From positions 1 through 10,922 of the forward strand of contig JAWAJB010000036.1 of assembly GCA_038888155.1 (NCBI GenBank): a stretch of 10,922 nt of DNA, read 5' to 3'. This document shows positions 7,170 to 10,922 of this stretch, in pieces. The DNA comes from Desulfurococcaceae archaeon (GTDB taxonomy: Archaea > Thermoproteota > Thermoprotei_A > Sulfolobales > Desulfurococcaceae). The notes below the pieces were generated by a model. That model made no database searches. It saw nothing but the letters and a program-made list of their open reading frames with translations, and was not told the origin of the DNA. Made by a program: the position numbers and the translations under genes. The first letter of the stretch is position 1. Every line of letters starts with the position of its first letter.

Positions 7170-8405
7170 ATGCACAACATTTTAGCCTTTGCACATGGTC
7201 TTTGTTTAGGTGGAGCCCAGGTATCTACCCTAGAGTTCCTTGAGTTGCTAAGAGGCGAAGTGGATTTAAAGGTTGTTGTCTGCGAGAATGCTAAGGAGGA
7301 GTTCCTCAGGCAGCTTCAAAGGCTTAACATCAAATATAGAGTAGTTCCTTGTTCTACAACCTTAGGAGTGCCAGGCATGAATGTTAGTTTAATTAAAGAC
7401 TGGGTTAAGTGGTCTGACATTGTGTGGATTACCGATATTGAATTCTCTATAGCGCCTAGGATCAAAAGGATTAGGGAAGTCCCCGTGGTTGCGCATCTCC
7501 ACAGCTACCCGCTCCTCTGTCCTTGGTGGGGGCTCCTCTACGACATGAGGAAGGTATGCTATAGAGGTTGTAGTTTATCGAGGATTGTGAGGTGTAAACA
7601 AGTGTTTAATGAAGAGCTAAGTAGACTCGGCATCATCGGCAGCTTCAGGAGCTCTGCATATCAGGTACTGGACCTTGTTAAGGGGCCTCTAGATTATCTC
7701 AGCTGGCGACGAGTCGTGAACAGGGACTTGATAGACTCGATAGATGGCTTCATCGCAGTCTCGAACTTCGTCAAGAGAGTTCACGAAGCTCTTCTACCAG
7801 TCGAGGGTAAACCGATCGAGGTCGTATACAACCCAGTGACGTACCCCCTAAAGTACATTAAAGACGTTAAGCCGAGAGAAAACCTTGATGAGAACCTCAT
7901 CGTGTACGCCTCCGGCTCAAACCCCGTTAAGGGTCCGCACTTAGCTCTTCAAGCTCTAAAGCTACTGTTGAATGATGGTATGGACCTCAAGCTCATCATG
8001 TTTGGTTGCAGGGGCTCTTGGGTAGAGGAGTATGCACGTAGGCTCGGGATCAGTAGGTCGGTAGTCTTTGTTGGGAGGGAGTCCTTCGCCAAACTTTACG
8101 AAACTATCTCTTCTGCTAGCGTGGTGGTCATGCCCAGCATATGGCCTGAGCCCTTCGGCAGAATACCAGTAGAAGCTAATAGGTTAGGAGTGATGGCCGT
8201 TGTAACGAATAGAGGAGGGCTTCCAGAAACCGTAGTTCATGGCGAGACAGGCTACGTAGCTAACCCCCATCCTGAGGATATAGCAAAGATGCTGCTGAGA
8301 GCGCTGAAGAACGCTAGAGGGAAAGCGGTCAAAGAGAAGTCTCTGAAGACCATTAACCCCCAAGCGAGCGTGGGCAAACTACTTGACTATCTGTCTAAGT
8401 TCTAA
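7170..8405 (+). CDS. GT4 glycosyltransferase with Cys-rich insert (411 aa)
   Basis: LGGAQ loop, HLHSYPLLCP, FIAVSNFVK, VVYNP, NPVKG, PSIWPEPFGRIPVEA (EX7E), GGLPETVVHGETG. Starts 2 nt after the upstream stop. Confidence 0.95.
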   Translation: MHNILAFAHGLCLGGAQVSTLEFLELLRGEVDLKVVVCENAKEEFLRQLQRLNIKYRVVPCSTTLGVPGMNVSLIKDWVKWSDIVWITDIEFSIAPRIKRIREVPVVAHLHSYPLLCPWWGLLYDMRKVCYRGCSLSRIVRCKQVFNEELSRLGIIGSFRSSAYQVLDLVKGPLDYLSWRRVVNRDLIDSIDGFIAVSNFVKRVHEALLPVEGKPIEVVYNPVTYPLKYIKDVKPRENLDENLIVYASGSNPVKGPHLALQALKLLLNDGMDLKLIMFGCRGSWVEEYARRLGISRSVVFVGRESFAKLYETISSASVVVMPSIWPEPFGRIPVEANRLGVMAVVTNRGGLPETVVHGETGYVANPHPEDIAKMLLRALKNARGKAVKEKSLKTINPQASVGKLLDYLSKF

Positions 8406-8431
8406 AAGATGGCTATCGCCAAGAAGTAAAA

Positions 8432-8438
8432 GGTGAGG
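8432..8438 (+). promoter_or_regulatory. Shine-Dalgarno site GGTGAGG for ATG 8448
   Basis: aaGGTGAGGatccatcaaATG; the GTG start in the ORF track (8433) lies inside this motif. Confidence 0.6.
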
Positions 8439-8447
8439 ATCCATCAA

Positions 8448-9641
8448 ATGGCTAAGGTAGGCATTCTAACCTTTCACTGGGCTAACCACATTGGCGCAGT
8501 TCTTCAAGCCTATGCTTTGCTTAAGGTGCTCGAGAGCTTAGGACATGAGACTTACGTAATAAATTACCACCCAGGTTTAGAGCTAGTGGTTTCGTATGTG
8601 ATTAGACCTGATAAGTTGGTAAAGAAGTACGGACTATTACGTCTTCCATTTCGGAAAACGATTAGATCGATGTTAGGAGAAATCATTTACTATTTGCCCG
8701 ACTTATCTAGCGAAACTAAGAAAACGCTAGCTTTCAGTTCCTTTAGAGAAAAACACCTTAAGATTAAGCCAAGGAAGTGTGTGGTGAACGTAGAAGAGTT
8801 ACGACAAGAATGCTCTAATTATGAGGCAGTTCTCGTAGGGAGCGACCAAGTATGGAATCCAGAGTTTCTCAAGTACTCTGACCATTGCTATCTGCTTCCG
8901 TTCAATCTGAAAAACACTATGAAGATAGGGTTCTCAGCAAGCATAGGTGTAGGGTTCTCAACACACAAGGAGCTGTTAACATTATACAAGTGGTTTCTTA
9001 AGGACTTCAAGTTCATATCTATTAGAGAACGCCGTCACGCCGAGGAGCTTTCGAAAACCCTAAACAGAGCTGTTTACCATACACTGGACCCTACTTTGCT
9101 TGTATCCAAGGAGGTTTTTGAGGAGCTTTCCCGCAATCACTTTAAACCAGTACATGGAAAGTATATCCTCTTCTACAACCTAGATCCAGGCTTGCTTCCC
9201 TTTACCGAGGTGTTAGAGAAGTTGTTAAACCTTCCAGTGATCATATACAAGGCTCCTACCACTATTCGTGAGAAATTATTGTACAGCAAGTGGCTTGAAA
9301 ACAAGGCTTCATTTTACCACACGGGTCCCCAAGATTTCATATCACTTCTCAAGCATGCTGATTTAGTGTTTACTGATAGTTATCATGGTCTAACTCTGTC
9401 GGTCCTCTTTGAAAAACCAGTTTTAGTAACGACGTTAGGTCCACCTCATAGAGCTGGAGTTAAGTCACGTATTGAAGACCTAGTCGAACTACTTGGTTTA
9501 CAAGATAGGGTAGTTAGGAGGAAAGAGGATATAGTGAAAACACTTCGCAAAGACTTGGAGGATTACAGCGCTGTGAGGTCTAAGCTGAGAGAGCTTAGGA
9601 GAACCTCCATAGAGCTATTGAAAGAGGCTCTTAGACCTTGA
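8448..9641 (+). CDS. Polysaccharide pyruvyl transferase family protein (PF04230-like)
   Basis: KVGILTFH..GAVLQAYAL, VGSDQVWN, SASIG, ISIRE, LDPTLL, GPQDFISLLKHA, TDSYHG, LFEKP, SRIEDL. Start moved from GTG 8433 to ATG 8448 because of the SD site and the family N-terminus. Confidence 0.9.
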   Translation: MAKVGILTFHWANHIGAVLQAYALLKVLESLGHETYVINYHPGLELVVSYVIRPDKLVKKYGLLRLPFRKTIRSMLGEIIYYLPDLSSETKKTLAFSSFREKHLKIKPRKCVVNVEELRQECSNYEAVLVGSDQVWNPEFLKYSDHCYLLPFNLKNTMKIGFSASIGVGFSTHKELLTLYKWFLKDFKFISIRERRHAEELSKTLNRAVYHTLDPTLLVSKEVFEELSRNHFKPVHGKYILFYNLDPGLLPFTEVLEKLLNLPVIIYKAPTTIREKLLYSKWLENKASFYHTGPQDFISLLKHADLVFTDSYHGLTLSVLFEKPVLVTTLGPPHRAGVKSRIEDLVELLGLQDRVVRRKEDIVKTLRKDLEDYSAVRSKLRELRRTSIELLKEALRP

Positions 9642-10921
9642 GAATAGATGTTTCAAGCGTTTCTTGCTCTGGTTGTGGTATATGCGTAGTTCTATGCCCA
9701 CGCGATGCGTTGAAGTTGAGCTTCTCAGCAGTGGGACATTTGAGGCCGACCTTAAACAAGAGTCTCTGCGTTGACTGCGGTCTCTGTGCGAGAGTATGTC
9801 CTTTCGTGGATGTAAGTAGTGAGAGAGAAGTAGTGCTGAGCAGTTTTACGGCCAGCTTGATCGGCAAGTACGTGAAGGTAGGGTTAGCTTGGTCTACCGA
9901 TGAGAGAGTTAGGTTCAATTCGGCTAGTGGTGGTGCTGCTACCTCGATTCTTAAGTACTTGCTTGAGGAGAGGATGGTTGACGCGGTTCTCGTTCCGAGG
10001 ATTTGGGTAAAGCGAGGTATGGTCTTCGGCAGATACGAAGTGGTTTACGACCCGAAGGAGGTAATAAACTACGCGGGCTCCATCTACGCTCCAGTCGATA
10101 TCACTAAGGCGCTTAAGGAGGCCTTCAAGAAGGGGTTGCATATCGCCTTAGTGGGCCTACCGTGTCAAATCAGAGGACTACGCAAGTCTTTCCAGTACCT
10201 GCCACGCCTCAAGGATAACATAAAGCTTGTTTTAGGTCTCTACTGCAATAATACACCCAGCTCTAAGGCTGCGGGATACGCTGTCAAGACGCTACTGAAG
10301 GTAAACCCGGAGAAGGTCTCACGTTTAACCTTTCGGGGACACGGGTGGCCTGGATATGCAGTAATTGCTACTGATGACGGTAGAACGCTTAAAGTCTCGT
10401 TCCCAGTCTTCTGGGGCTCTGGGCTTGGTCAATACTTCTACGGGAGGTCATGTCTCGTATGCCCTGATCATGCTGCTGAGCTTGCCGACATCTCGCTCGC
10501 TGATCCATGGACTTACCAGAGAGGTATCGGTACTGGTAAGACCCTCGCCGTTATCCGCACAAAGTTAGGGCTTGAGGTCCTCGTGAGGGCTGTTGAATCA
10601 GGGTACCTGAGGTTTGAGGAGATTCCAGGGTTCTACGCAGTCCAGTACACTACGCTACTCAAGGAGACCGTGAAGGTGATAGGTGGGAGGAGTTTCAGGT
10701 ACCCCTACGTTATTCCACCTAGCATCACTACAGTTCTCCACGAGATTGACTATCTAGTGGGTGGTGTTCTTGCGAGGGACGAAAGACTATGGTCTCTCCT
10801 CAGGCTCTACACGAAGGCTCGACACTACATATTCAAGCCGCTGGTTGCCCTCGACTATTTCTTGAAGCTAGGGTTCTCAAGGGTACTGGCCAAAATCTCT
10901 AAAGCATGGATCGTTAGCTAA
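9638..10921 (+). CDS. FrhB/FdhB-family (F420 hydrogenase/dehydrogenase beta-like) Fe-S flavoprotein with N-terminal 2x[4Fe-4S] ferredoxin domain
   Basis: CSGCGICVVLCP and CVDCGLCARVCP; SASGG, GSIY, VGLPCQI, LGLYC, FRGHGWPG, SCLVCPDHAAELADISLADPW. The TTG start overlaps the upstream TGA (TTGA, 9638-9641). Confidence 0.92.
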   Translation: MRIDVSSVSCSGCGICVVLCPRDALKLSFSAVGHLRPTLNKSLCVDCGLCARVCPFVDVSSEREVVLSSFTASLIGKYVKVGLAWSTDERVRFNSASGGAATSILKYLLEERMVDAVLVPRIWVKRGMVFGRYEVVYDPKEVINYAGSIYAPVDITKALKEAFKKGLHIALVGLPCQIRGLRKSFQYLPRLKDNIKLVLGLYCNNTPSSKAAGYAVKTLLKVNPEKVSRLTFRGHGWPGYAVIATDDGRTLKVSFPVFWGSGLGQYFYGRSCLVCPDHAAELADISLADPWTYQRGIGTGKTLAVIRTKLGLEVLVRAVESGYLRFEEIPGFYAVQYTTLLKETVKVIGGRSFRYPYVIPPSITTVLHEIDYLVGGVLARDERLWSLLRLYTKARHYIFKPLVALDYFLKLGFSRVLAKISKAWIVS

Positions 10922-10922
10922 C

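Noticed and set aside
9631-10568. ORFs 9631..9918 (-), 9884..10141 (-) and 10365..10568 (+)
   Set aside because: Alternative frames lying almost wholly within the well-supported FrhB-like gene.
9638-10921. Calling the last gene a true frhB/fpoF implying methanogenesis or F420 respiration
   Set aside because: No frhA/G/D, fdhA or fpo/fqo partners in the window, and it is coupled to a glycan-modifying gene; symbol withheld.

Overview
A co-directional (+ strand) surface-glycan biosynthesis locus, probably archaeal. GGTGA-type Shine-Dalgarno sites, AGA/AGG/ATA/CTA-rich codons and TTG starts suggest a thermophilic Thermoproteota-like host (inference). It holds four GT-B/GT4 glycosyltransferases (the first truncated by the window edge) and two large polytopic membrane proteins of possible GT-C/Wzy-like type, one intact and one split by three frameshifts. 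It ends with a translationally coupled pair: a polysaccharide pyruvyl transferase-family gene and a ferredoxin-fused FrhB-family Fe-S flavoprotein. The ORF track misses two gene relics between 1783 and 2236: a probable GT2 C-terminal fragment overlapping the end of a GT4 gene, and a decayed copy (~88% identity) of the 5' end of the GT4 gene at 4424. These relics and a GC step near 7170 point to cassette shuffling. The best candidate for an undescribed system is the pyruvyl transferase plus FrhB-like pair as a MurA/MurB-analogous glycan lactylation module (hypothesis). No RNA genes, CRISPR arrays or transposases were recognised.
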